45,715 nt of DNA, taken from IMG/VR virus record IMGVR_UViG_2061766007_004262; one strand, written 5' to 3'. The stretch's first letter is position 1. Each line of letters begins with the position of its first letter. Source of the DNA: an uncultured virus (IMG/VR IMGVR_UViG_2061766007_004262) (taxonomy: Duplodnaviria > Heunggongvirae > Uroviricota > Caudoviricetes). The translations under genes and the position numbers were made by a program. Under the pieces are notes generated by a model. The model was not told the origin of the DNA. It ran no database searches and saw only the letters and a program-made list of their open reading frames with translations. Of the stretch, positions 31,778-40,538 are shown one piece after another.

Positions 31778-32056
31778 TCACGCTGTCTTTTTTTCAACAA
31801 ACCAACGGCCGAGTGAGCAGCCTGTGACATTCGAAAGACGCTCAAAAAAGATATAGCTCTGCTGTCCGCCTATCCAGATTGTATACCTGTCGCCCATACC
31901 GCCTGCCTTCATTGCGTGCGCCGGACGTATGTCAGTGACCTTGTCGACTTTATACTTTTTGCCTTCCCAGACAATAATATGGGGCAGCATCTGACCTTCC
32001 TCGTTGAATCGCACTTCAACAGGCACATAGACCTTGTATTCATTTACCTGCTTCAT
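31778..32056 (-). CDS. Small conserved protein typically found next to DinB (copy 1)
   Basis: KVYVPVEVRF...P..IVWEGK.YKVDKV...KAGG.GDRYT...RWFVE. A nearly identical copy is at 36342. Confidence 0.75.
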   Translation of the reverse strand: MKQVNEYKVYVPVEVRFNEEGQMLPHIIVWEGKKYKVDKVTDIRPAHAMKAGGMGDRYTIWIGGQQSYIFFERLSNVTGCSLGRWFVEKKTA

Positions 32057-32067
32057 AGCTGCACACC

Positions 32068-32586
32068 TCATTTCAGGAACGTACTGTTCAAATCAAGCGG
32101 GACCCGCATACTGTGGCCGCGGTTGACCATGCTGTACAATTTGAATGCAAAAAACGGAGCCGGTATGCACAGTTCCTTTGCTACGACAAAAAAGTCGGCG
32201 TCATGGCTGTGCATCAAATCGAGCACATCGTTGTCGTTGATCAGAAAATCCGCAGCGAAGAAATTGGCCTGTCGCTCAAGACGGCTGGTTACGTTGTAAA
32301 CGTCAAAGTCCTGCATGGGCGCGCCTGCCTTTAGCTCCAGGCTGTGCAGGATCAGGTGTCCGGCTTCATGCCCGGCTACGACGCGTTGCTCTTCAGTGGG
32401 CTGTTTCTGGTTAATGACAACGTACTTGCTTTTGTTCATGATCGTGCAGTAGCCTCGCAGCCCGTCGCGGGGATACGAATTGCTCTTCACAACAATGGCT
32501 CCCATAGCATCAAGAAGCTCATATGGGTCGGATGTTTTGTGTCTTTTCCGAAGACGCTGCGCCTGCTCAAATATCCTTTCAATCAC
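32068..32586 (-). CDS. ImmA/IrrE-family metallopeptidase (copy 1)
   Basis: HEAGH (HExxH) and ERQANFFAADFL. Confidence 0.9.
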   Translation of the reverse strand: MIERIFEQAQRLRKRHKTSDPYELLDAMGAIVVKSNSYPRDGLRGYCTIMNKSKYVVINQKQPTEEQRVVAGHEAGHLILHSLELKAGAPMQDFDVYNVTSRLERQANFFAADFLINDNDVLDLMHSHDADFFVVAKELCIPAPFFAFKLYSMVNRGHSMRVPLDLNSTFLK

Positions 32587-32628
32587 TTATCCATCACTCC
32601 ACTCAAAACACTTCACTCAATCAATCTC

Positions 32629-33048
32629 TCACTCGTTACCGTCCTCATGCAGGAACTTCTTCGGTGTGTATTTTTTTGCCCTGACCTTGGAATCAATGAA
32701 CAGCTGCTGCATCTCAGTCAGGAAAGCCAGCTTGTCATCGTCGGACAGTTCGCCGCCCGCGAAGAGCTGTCGCGCCTCAGCGAGGATAGCGCTTGCCTGG
32801 CGCTGACCCCGGGAGCCGAACTGCTCACCGACTTCTTCCATGAATTCCTCCTCTTCGGTGCGAAGGTAATTCACATCGACACCCAGTGCGGCCGCCAGCG
32901 CGTCGTAGGTTTCCTTGTATCTGGGGTAGGATGTGCCGCATTCATAGGACGCAACGCTCCTGGTGCTGACGCCTATCTTCTTGGCCAGTTCGCCCTGGCT
33001 GAGCTTCATGTCCTTGCGTAGCTTCTTCACTTTCTCACTGAACTTCAT
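32629..33048 (-). CDS. XRE-family HTH repressor, ImmR-like (copy 1)
   Basis: FSEKVKKLRK...SQGELAKKIGVS..SVASYE.G...LAAALGVDVNYL, AGGAGG RBS, directly upstream of immA. Confidence 0.9.
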   Translation of the reverse strand: MKFSEKVKKLRKDMKLSQGELAKKIGVSTRSVASYECGTSYPRYKETYDALAAALGVDVNYLRTEEEEFMEEVGEQFGSRGQRQASAILAEARQLFAGGELSDDDKLAFLTEMQQLFIDSKVRAKKYTPKKFLHEDGNE

Positions 33049-33089
33049 GTTTGCCCTCCTCGACATCTAAAAGTTTTTTGTGTTTCATC

Positions 33090-33209
33090 TTGACAATGAA
33101 GATCATCTGCGTTATAATCTGCATCACGAGGTTCAACTTCATGTATAGTGTAACACGTATGAAGCTGAATGTCAATAGGGTTGAAAAAGAAATTTGAAGT
33201 TAATCTTCA
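33090..33209. promoter_or_regulatory. Face-to-face promoters with repeated operators (cassette 1)
   Basis: Plus strand TTGACA(33090)-17-TATAAT(33113). Minus strand TTGACA(33175)-17-TACACT. TGAAG-N5-CTTCA-like sites at 33097, 33127, 33160 and 33195. Confidence 0.75.
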
Positions 33210-33235
33210 TAATATTTCCGGAAGGAGGGAACGGA

Positions 33236-34356
33236 ATGAAGAATGAAACCGTCATATTGCACAGTGACCTGAACTGCTACTACGCCAGCGTGGAGATGAA
33301 CGAGCATCCGGAGCTGAAGGGCAAGAAGATCGCGGTATGCGGTTCTACCGAGAACCGGCACGGGATCGTGCTGACTGCCAGCTACCCTGCCAAGCGTTCC
33401 GGAGTGAAGACCGGCATGGCCAACTGGCAGGCAAGGCAGGCCTGCCCCGACCTGATCATGGTAGACCCGCATTACGACCTGTACCTGCATTACAGCAAGA
33501 TCGTCCGTTCCATTTATAAAAGATACGCAAACGACATCGAGCCGTTCGGGATGGATGAAAACTGGATCGCCATACACGGCTGTGACGATGTGGTAACCGA
33601 CGGGTATCATATCGCGGAAGAAATCCGCCAGACCGTTAAGGAAGAAACCGGCCTGACCGTAAGCATCGGCGTTTCCTTCAGCAAAATCTTCGCCAAGCTC
33701 GGCAGCGACATGAAGAAGCCGGATGCCGTGACAGTGGTCAGCCGTGAGAACTATAAAGAGACTGCGTGGAAGCTCCCCGTGTCCGACCTGCTGTATGTCG
33801 GCCCTGCCACGACGAGAAAGCTGCTGAAGTACAACATCCACACGATCGGAGACCTGGCGAAAGCCGACCCGAACCTCATATTCCATAATCTTGGCAAAAA
33901 CGGAGCCATGCTGTGGAACTTCGCCAATGGCACAGATTACTCCCCGGTCATGCCCCAGGACTATGTGAGCCCCATTAAGACCATCGGCCACGGCACGACC
34001 TGTGTCCGGGATCTGGATACGAATTACGAAGTATGGCTCGTACTGTTGGAACTGGCGCAGGACGTCGGCCACCGGCTGCGCAGGCACGAATCCACGGCAA
34101 AAGGTGTGGAGATTGCCGTACGCGACAAGGATCTGGGCTGGTATATGTGGCAGATGCCGCTACCGTACCCGACGCAGAGCCCGTTCGAGATCGCACAGGC
34201 CGGATACGCGCTGTTCCGTGCGCAGTACACATGGGAGAAGCCGATCCGCTCGCTCACCATCCGCGGGATCAAACTCATCAGCGCAAGCGCCTCGGTTCAG
34301 ACCGATATATTCAACGATTTTGACCTGCGCGAAAAGCGCCGTAAACTCGACGACGC
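33236..34356 (+). CDS. dinB: Y-family DNA polymerase IV (copy 1, truncated by gap)
   Basis: ILHSDLNCYYASVE, ASYPAK..GVKTGM, EPFGMDE, SIGVS..KIFAKLGSD..KPD. Confidence 0.92.
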
Positions 34357-34366
34357 NNNNNNNNNN

Positions 34367-34624
34367 CGCCCATCGCGCACACTCGGGTATATAGAAGACG
34401 TTGTCCTTCGTGTAGAAAGGCATCATCTCCAGAAACGCCTGCTGGCCGTTGGCGATCATCTGCTCGCGATGCTCGTCAAAGCGGTCGTTCGCGTATTTCA
34501 GGAAGATCATCGACAGCACGACGTGTTTATACTCTGCCGGTTCAACCTTGCCGCGCAGCTTGTTGGCTGCGTCCCACAAGGTCTGCTCAATCGGTCTTTG
34601 ATCTTTTACTTTATCAGCAGGCAT
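34367..34624 (-). CDS. hsdM: Second type I RM M subunit, N-terminal fragment
   Basis: IEQTLWDAANKLRGKVEPAEYKHVVLSMIFLKY...NVFYIPECARW, GGAGG RBS, cut by a gap. Confidence 0.85.
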
Positions 34625-34700
34625 TTTTGTCCCTCCAGCATAATCTTGGCAAGAATAACTACCATATATATAATAAACCAAAATAATTATACCAAAAAAC

Positions 34701-34742
34701 AAACCGCTCTTCAACCTCAAAACAAGGCATTAGAGCGTTTTC
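34701..34742. terminator. Conserved hairpin at the cassette end (copy 2)
   Basis: About 4 differences over 41 nt from the copy at 30944. Confidence 0.55.
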
Positions 34743-34746
34743 CCGA

Positions 34747-35241
34747 TTAGCCTGCCAAATATTCCACCGGTATCTTTTGCCCCTTCGCATACTGGATCGT
34801 GTACATGGTTCCGCTGGGTTTGCCGTTGAATACGGCTATGACCCTCGAACTCATGTCGACCATCCACTGATTCCGCTGCTGATAAGCATCCTCCCTGTAC
34901 GAGGAGCATATGTATTTCACGAAGTCGGCTTGCCCGATGAGGTTCCTGTACCGCGTTTTCCAGTTCTCCGGCCAGTAGTCCTCAGACCCCACGAACGGCA
35001 CAGCGGCTATAAGCTTTAGGTACGGATTCTTCTCTTTGAGCCTTACGACTATCTCCCCGGCCCAGATATCCACACCGGAGGCCATGCCGGTTATGAACGT
35101 GGTGAACCCGTCACCGATGGCAGTCAGTATCGACTTTTCGAGGTCGGCCTTGATCGCAGTGGGGGAGCGCTTCAGCTTCTGCGGTCTATGACCGGTAAAG
35201 CAGCAGCGGTGGCTGCGTAATTCTCTTTGCTTTTTATCCAT
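34747..35241 (-). CDS. SLOG DUF1273/YspA-like protein (copy 2)
   Basis: CCFTGHRP, FITGMASGVD and RNQWMVD. GGAGG RBS. Confidence 0.88.
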   Translation of the reverse strand: MDKKQRELRSHRCCFTGHRPQKLKRSPTAIKADLEKSILTAIGDGFTTFITGMASGVDIWAGEIVVRLKEKNPYLKLIAAVPFVGSEDYWPENWKTRYRNLIGQADFVKYICSSYREDAYQQRNQWMVDMSSRVIAVFNGKPSGTMYTIQYAKGQKIPVEYLAG

Positions 35242-35264
35242 GGTTTTTACCTCCATTTCCACTG

Positions 35265-35513
35265 CTATTCCAGAATGCCGGTATGGCATCCAGTGCAACT
35301 GGCGCGAAGGTGACCGTTGTATGCGCTGAAGGTATAAGTCATTGCGCATCTTTTGCCGCAGATCGGACAGTCGATCGTTCTTTCCTTGCCCGGCTCACAT
35401 TTATGCTCCGCGACATATGCCAAGAGCAAATCCATTCCAGCAGTAAAGTCGATGATCTTCCCATCGTCAATTGTCATGGTCACTTTTTCCACGTTCTCCA
35501 GTCTTGCCATCAT
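35265..35513 (-). CDS. Small zinc-ribbon protein (copy 2)
   Basis: CPICG...YNGHLRASCTGC. Confidence 0.7.
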   Translation of the reverse strand: MMARLENVEKVTMTIDDGKIIDFTAGMDLLLAYVAEHKCEPGKERTIDCPICGKRCAMTYTFSAYNGHLRASCTGCHTGILE

Positions 35514-35616
35514 ACACATCTCCTTCATCATGGTACCATTTCAAAATATTCCTGTATTTCCAACAGAAATTGCATCTTGCAACTTCTGTCAGCCGGTCAG
35601 ATCGTCAGCAGATCCA

Positions 35617-36303
35617 TCAGAGAAGGTGCGCTACATCAAAACCCTTGCACTGCAGCGTTTTCAGGATCTCGTTTGCGCATTTTTCACCCAGGCTCCGGAT
35701 ATCCATCAGTGCCTCTCTGTTTTTCAGGTCAAGTACGTCGGATATGGTCTTTCGTCCGGCCCGCATCAGTGCGTTGAATGAACGTGCTGACAGACCCAGA
35801 TCGATGATCCCAGATCTTCTCGTCAGAGGACCGCTTTCGTTATCATTTTCCAGATGCCTGGGGTGCAGGCCGTTCATCCTGCACAGGTGCTCGAGCCGGC
35901 GAATCTCTGTAACACGCTCTTTGACAGATCTTTCAAACTCAGAAGTCATCCGCATCTTGTACCTCTGGCGTGCATAGGCTGCAACGCCATGAAGGAGGAT
36001 TCCCCTGTATAAAGAATTCTGCCAGAGTTTCGTCATGGCACGGTCTATGATCTGATTCACCCGAGCGCCCGTGATGCCATACTCCCGGCCGATCTCCCTG
36101 TACGGTATGTGCTGCTGATAATGCTTCCGGAGGATCTGCACTTCTCTGTCGCTCAGATTGCATACGGTCAGCACATATTCAACGGTGCCGGTCAACTCTT
36201 TATCGTTCGTCGTGGCTGGGGTCTCTTCATTCAGCGGGAGCTCAGCGTGTTTCCAAAACCCATCCAAAAAACCAAGGGGCCATCTGCGTTCTCTGTACAT
36301 CAT
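35617..36303 (-). CDS. Sigma-70 region 4-like HTH fused to an RNA polymerase alpha-CTD-like domain
   Basis: LSDREVQIL..HY....YREIG..YGIT..RVNQI..RAM.KL, then IIDLGLSARSFNALMRAG..TISDVL....LMDIRSLGEKCANEI. Confidence 0.8.
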   Translation of the reverse strand: MMYRERRWPLGFLDGFWKHAELPLNEETPATTNDKELTGTVEYVLTVCNLSDREVQILRKHYQQHIPYREIGREYGITGARVNQIIDRAMTKLWQNSLYRGILLHGVAAYARQRYKMRMTSEFERSVKERVTEIRRLEHLCRMNGLHPRHLENDNESGPLTRRSGIIDLGLSARSFNALMRAGRKTISDVLDLKNREALMDIRSLGEKCANEILKTLQCKGFDVAHLL

Positions 36304-36341
36304 ATCCATCTGCCTCCAATCTATCTCATCCAACAAAAAAC

Positions 36342-36620
36342 TTACGACGATTTCTTCTCCACGAACCAGCGGCCGAGCGAGCAGCCTGTGACATTCGACA
36401 GACGCTCAAAAAAGATATAGCTCTGCTGTCCGCCTATCCAGATCGTATACCTGTCGCCCTGCCCGCCTGCCTTCATTGCGTGCGCCGGACGGATGTCAGT
36501 GACCTTGTCGACTTTATACTGTTTTCCTTCCCAGACAATAATGTGGGGCAGCATCTGACCTTCCTCGTTAAACCTTACTTCGACGGGTACATAGACTTTA
36601 TACTCGTTCACCTGCTTCAT
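36342..36620 (-). CDS. Small conserved DinB-associated protein (copy 2)
   Basis: Nearly identical to 31778-32056. Confidence 0.75.
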   Translation of the reverse strand: MKQVNEYKVYVPVEVRFNEEGQMLPHIIVWEGKQYKVDKVTDIRPAHAMKAGGQGDRYTIWIGGQQSYIFFERLSNVTGCSLGRWFVEKKSS

Positions 36621-36633
36621 GATTGCCTCCCAG

Positions 36634-37176
36634 TCAATACTCGCCGGTCGGGATGTGTTTTAGAAAATCGCCGTGCGCTATCATGAGCGGATTAATAGAA
36701 TATCCCTCATGCTTCAGGACGCGGAACTTGAAATCGAGAAGCTCCGGAGGAACACACAGCGTTTTCGCTGCACCGAAAAAGGTCATGTCCTGGTTGAGCA
36801 CGTTGAGCACTTCTTCGCTGTCCAGAATAAGCTCGGCAGCGAATACGTTGGCTTCATATTCGCACTGGTCGTTCATGCCGAACAAGTCGAAATCGTGAAA
36901 GCCTCTGAGCGCCGTCAGCCTCCTGTGTAGCTTTATATGCCCGATCTCATGAGCAAGAACGACTTTGCGGATATCCTCTTTCAATTTTGAATTCAGCAGG
37001 ATCACGGGAATGCGGCACTTAACCATACTCATGCCTTTGAAGTCTTCTACACTCATCGCGGTATTATGGTCAATAACCGTGATACCCATATCCCTGCACA
37101 GACGGTCAAGATCGCTATCCTGATACTTTCGCCTGATGCGCAGGACTTCCCCTGAAATATCCTCGTAATTGATCAT
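36634..37176 (-). CDS. ImmA/IrrE-family metallopeptidase (copy 2)
   Basis: HEIGH and EYEANVFAAELIL. Confidence 0.9.
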   Translation of the reverse strand: MINYEDISGEVLRIRRKYQDSDLDRLCRDMGITVIDHNTAMSVEDFKGMSMVKCRIPVILLNSKLKEDIRKVVLAHEIGHIKLHRRLTALRGFHDFDLFGMNDQCEYEANVFAAELILDSEEVLNVLNQDMTFFGAAKTLCVPPELLDFKFRVLKHEGYSINPLMIAHGDFLKHIPTGEY

Positions 37177-37210
37177 CGTCGTTTATCTCCAGTCAAAACA
37201 TGTCTGTAAG

Positions 37211-37660
37211 CTATTTACCCTCAGGGGATCTCCTGGAATTGGGTGTGAACTTTTTCTTCGCTTCGGTCTTCGCTGTTACATAAGCTGTCATGATGGCTTC
37301 GAAGAAAGCGTCTTTATCTTCCTGGGGGATCTCGCCGCCTGCAAAGAAAGCACTGTTCCTGTCAAGAAGCTCCGCTGCCTCCATCGCGCCTTTTGAACCG
37401 AATCTTTCACGCGCCATGTTGATATTCTCTTCCCGCGCGCGGCCCTGATCCGGATCGTCACTGTCGTCGTCCGTAAGATAGGCAACAGTCACATCGAGCG
37501 CCCGCGCCAGTTTACGCAGTATGTTTTTTCTCGGGACAGAATCGCCATTCTCGTAAGCGAAAATGGAGCGTCTCGATACGCCTACCTGCACCGACAGATC
37601 CGTCTGGCTGATGTGTGCCTTCTCTCTTGCTTCTCTAAGCTTTTCCGGGAACTTGCTCAT
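37211..37660 (-). CDS. XRE-family HTH repressor, ImmR-like (copy 2)
   Basis: FPEKLREARE...SQTDLS..VGVSRRSIFAYENG...LARALDVTVAYL. GGAGG RBS. Confidence 0.9.
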   Translation of the reverse strand: MSKFPEKLREAREKAHISQTDLSVQVGVSRRSIFAYENGDSVPRKNILRKLARALDVTVAYLTDDDSDDPDQGRAREENINMARERFGSKGAMEAAELLDRNSAFFAGGEIPQEDKDAFFEAIMTAYVTAKTEAKKKFTPNSRRSPEGK

Positions 37661-37688
37661 ACTCTCCTCCGTGTAGAAAAAATTTTCT

Positions 37689-37822
37689 TCAAACTTCCCA
37701 ATTGCTCCAAAACGGGCTTGACGATTTGTTCGCAATCTGGTAAACTCTGCCTCGCTAATGAGAAGTTGATTGAATTATAGTTCCTATAGCAAGGCTTGTC
37801 AATATGCAATTGGGAAGTTTGA
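37689..37822. promoter_or_regulatory. Two face-to-face promoters enclosed by perfect 17-bp inverted repeats (cassette 2)
   Basis: TCAAACTTCCCAATTGC (37689-37705) and GCAATTGGGAAGTTTGA (37806-37822). Plus strand TTGACG-17-TAAACT and minus strand TTGACA-17-TATAAT lie between them. Confidence 0.75.
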
Positions 37823-37848
37823 GAAAATAATTCGGGGATGGGAACAAA

Positions 37849-39093
37849 ATGTCAAATCAGAGTGTCATACTTCACAGCGACCTGAACTGCTACTACGCCA
37901 GCGTGGAGATGAACGAGCACCCGGAGCTGAAGGGCAAGAAGATCGCGGTATGCGGTTCCACCGAGAACCGGCACGGGATCGTGCTGACCGCCAGCTACCC
38001 GGCCAAGCGTTCCGGCGTGAAGACCGGTATGGCCAACTGGCAGGCAAAGCAGGCGTGCCCCGACCTGATCATGGTGGACCCGCATTATGACCTGTACCTG
38101 CACTACAGCAGGATCGTCCGTTCCATTTATAAAAGATACGCAAACGACATCGAGCCTTTCGGAATGGATGAAAACTGGATCGCCATACACGGCTGTGACG
38201 ATGTAGCGACCGACGGTTATCAGATCGCGGAGGAGATACGGGAGACAGTCAAAGAGGAGACAGGACTGACCGTCAGTATCGGAGTTTCCTTCAGCAAGAT
38301 CTTCGCCAAGCTCGGCAGCGACATGAAGAAGCCGGATGCCGTTACAGTGGTCAGCCGGGAGAACTACAGGGATACCGCCTGGAAACTGCCCGTGTCCGAT
38401 CTGCTGTACGTCGGTCCGGCCACGACGAGAAAGCTGCTGAAGTACAATATCCACACGATCGGAGACCTGGCGAAAGCCGACCCGAACCTCATATTCCACA
38501 ATCTGGGCAAAAACGGTGCCATGCTGTGGAATTTTGCCAACGGCACAGATTATTCCCCGGTCATGCCCCAGGACTATGTGAGCCCCATAAAGACCATCGG
38601 CCACGGCACGACCTGCGTCCGGGATCTGGATACGAACTATGAGGTGTGGCTGGTACTGCTGGAACTGGCGCAGGACGTAGGCCACCGGCTGCGCAAACAC
38701 GAATCTACGGCAAAAGGTGTGGAAATCGCCGTGCGCGACAAGGATCTGGGCTGGTATATGTGGCAGATGCCGCTGCCGTATCCGACGCAGAGTCCGTTCG
38801 AGATCGCGCAGGCCGGATATGCGCTGTTCCGTGCGCAGTACACATGGGAAAAGCCTATCCGATCGCTCACCATCCGCGGGATCAAGCTCATCAGTGCCAG
38901 CGCCTCGGTTCAGACTGACATATTCAACGATTTTGACCTGCGCGAAAAGCGCCGTAAACTCGACGACGCAATCGACGAACTCAGGGAGCGCTTTGGCTAC
39001 AGGGCTATTTTCCCCGCCTGCCTGAAGGACGGACTTCCGGTTGCAAAGGACAGGTGCGAGACGGTGCCGATGCCAAGCCCTATGTACAGGTGA
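37849..39093 (+). CDS. dinB: Y-family DNA polymerase IV (copy 2, complete)
   Basis: Same motifs as copy 1, with C-terminal QTDIF (clamp-binding-like) and LDDAIDELRERFG. Confidence 0.93.
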   Translation: MSNQSVILHSDLNCYYASVEMNEHPELKGKKIAVCGSTENRHGIVLTASYPAKRSGVKTGMANWQAKQACPDLIMVDPHYDLYLHYSRIVRSIYKRYANDIEPFGMDENWIAIHGCDDVATDGYQIAEEIRETVKEETGLTVSIGVSFSKIFAKLGSDMKKPDAVTVVSRENYRDTAWKLPVSDLLYVGPATTRKLLKYNIHTIGDLAKADPNLIFHNLGKNGAMLWNFANGTDYSPVMPQDYVSPIKTIGHGTTCVRDLDTNYEVWLVLLELAQDVGHRLRKHESTAKGVEIAVRDKDLGWYMWQMPLPYPTQSPFEIAQAGYALFRAQYTWEKPIRSLTIRGIKLISASASVQTDIFNDFDLREKRRKLDDAIDELRERFGYRAIFPACLKDGLPVAKDRCETVPMPSPMYR

Positions 39094-39198
39094 TTACGCT
39101 GCTTCCTCTTGGAACATACCGTCGGCGTGTGTTCACAAGAGTTTACTCCCGAGAGCCGACATGCTGCAGAGAATTTAAGATGTGAAGGGGTGATTTTA

Positions 39199-39375
39199 AT
39201 GCAAAAGAGAGCAGCAGTCAAAAACGATAAAAAGGCCATGGTTTCCGCTGAAGATGCGGAGATCATCCGTAAGATACGCGCAATACTGCGAACAGGAAAG
39301 GAGGTACTGCTGGAACTGGATTCGGATGGGAACACCCGGGTAAGCAGTCTGACACTGGAAGAATGCGGAGTATGA
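39199..39375 (+). CDS. Small hypothetical protein
   Basis: GGGGTG RBS before ATG, downstream of dinB. Confidence 0.45.
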   Translation: MQKRAAVKNDKKAMVSAEDAEIIRKIRAILRTGKEVLLELDSDGNTRVSSLTLEECGV

Positions 39376-39404
39376 GTTGATGAGTTTTTGTGAGGGTATG
39401 TAGA

Positions 39405-39614
39405 ATGAAAAGAGCGATAAGAAATCTGTCCAGTAAAAGGCTTGTCCCGGCCCACCTGTTCGATGTGGTGATCGACGAAGAGAATCCTCAGATGATCTAC
39501 ATTGAGCAGAAAATAGTCGACCGCAAGGGTGGGAAAACACACACAGAGCGCGCCCTCTGGGATGACGTGCTAAACCAGGTCGAAACGGCTGTCAGGGACA
39601 GCAAAGCAGTTTAG
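39405..39614 (+). CDS. Small hypothetical protein (variant partial copy at 39964-40117)
   Basis: GAGGG RBS. The second copy differs mostly at synonymous positions. Confidence 0.6.
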   Translation: MKRAIRNLSSKRLVPAHLFDVVIDEENPQMIYIEQKIVDRKGGKTHTERALWDDVLNQVETAVRDSKAV

Positions 39615-39637
39615 ATAAACCTTGAAAACCGAATAAG

Positions 39638-39707
39638 GGAACTATCGTAACCGGCCCCGTAACCAATCGAGGAGCCAACTTCGGAGTTACCCGACTATGG
39701 AACTACC
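39638..39707 (+). repeat. 61-bp structured tandem repeat (variant 1, cut by gap)
   Basis: GGAACTA... units start at 39638 and 39699. Confidence 0.75.
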
Positions 39708-40140
39708 NNNNNNNNNNTATTTCGCAATGCTAAAACAGCAGATCCGTCTCCGTTTTAGTATTGCAGGGAGAAAGTAAAACACACCATCGAAGATAACAGC
39801 CGACGGGCTGTCATCATAAAAACAAATCTCAAAGCCTGAGATGCGCATTAAGGCGGCGGGATGCATAAAGAGCAGTGACAGCGGGATGACCGCTTCAAAG
39901 CCAATGCACTCCACCGAGCCTTGCTGCGCCTTTTTCCAGCTGGCCGGTCGGTGNNNNNNNNNNTGATTTGGTGATCGACGAAGAGAATCCTCATAAGATC
40001 TACATTGAGCAAAAAATAGTCGACCGCAAGGGTGGGAAAACACATACAGAGCGCGCACTATGGGACGACGTGCTCAACCAGGTCGAAACGGCTGTCAGAG
40101 ACAGCAAAGCAGTTTAGATAAACCTTGAAAACCGCATAAG

Positions 40141-40306
40141 GGAACTATCGTAACCGGCCACGTAACCAATCGAGGAGCCAACTTCGGAGTTACCCGACTA
40201 TGGAACTACCGCAACCAGCCCCGTAACCAATCGAGGAGCTAACGTCGGAGTTACCTTTAACGAAAGCCTTCACCAAGGCACACGTATAGGTAACTCCGGC
40301 GTTTTT
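40141..40306 (+). repeat. 61-bp structured tandem repeat plus antisense arm and T-run (variant 2)
   Basis: Units at 40141 and 40202 (6 mismatches over 54 nt). The downstream AGGTAACTCCGGCGTT is complementary to AACGTCGGAGTTACCT. Confidence 0.75.
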
Positions 40307-40538
40307 NNNNNNNNNNNNNNNNNNNNNNNNNNNNNNNNNNNNNNNNNNNNNNNNNNNNNNNNNNNNNNNNNNNNNNNNNNNNNNNNNNNNNNNNNNNNNN
40401 NNNNNNNNNNNNNNNNNNNNNNNNNNNNNNNNNNNNNNNNNNNNNNNNNNNNNNNNNNNNNNNNNNNNNNNNNNNNNNNNNNNNNNNNNNNNNNNNNNNN
40501 NNNNNNNNNNNNNNNNNNNNNNNNGGAAAGGACACATC

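Noticed and set aside
33194..34750. 518-aa DinB with a novel C-terminus
   Set aside because: The extension crosses a gap and is the antisense of the hsdM fragment.
39718..39953. 236-bp inter-gap fragment
   Set aside because: Too short and without recognisable features.
39638..40255. CRISPR array
   Set aside because: The units are similar along their whole length with no unique spacers, and no cas genes are present.
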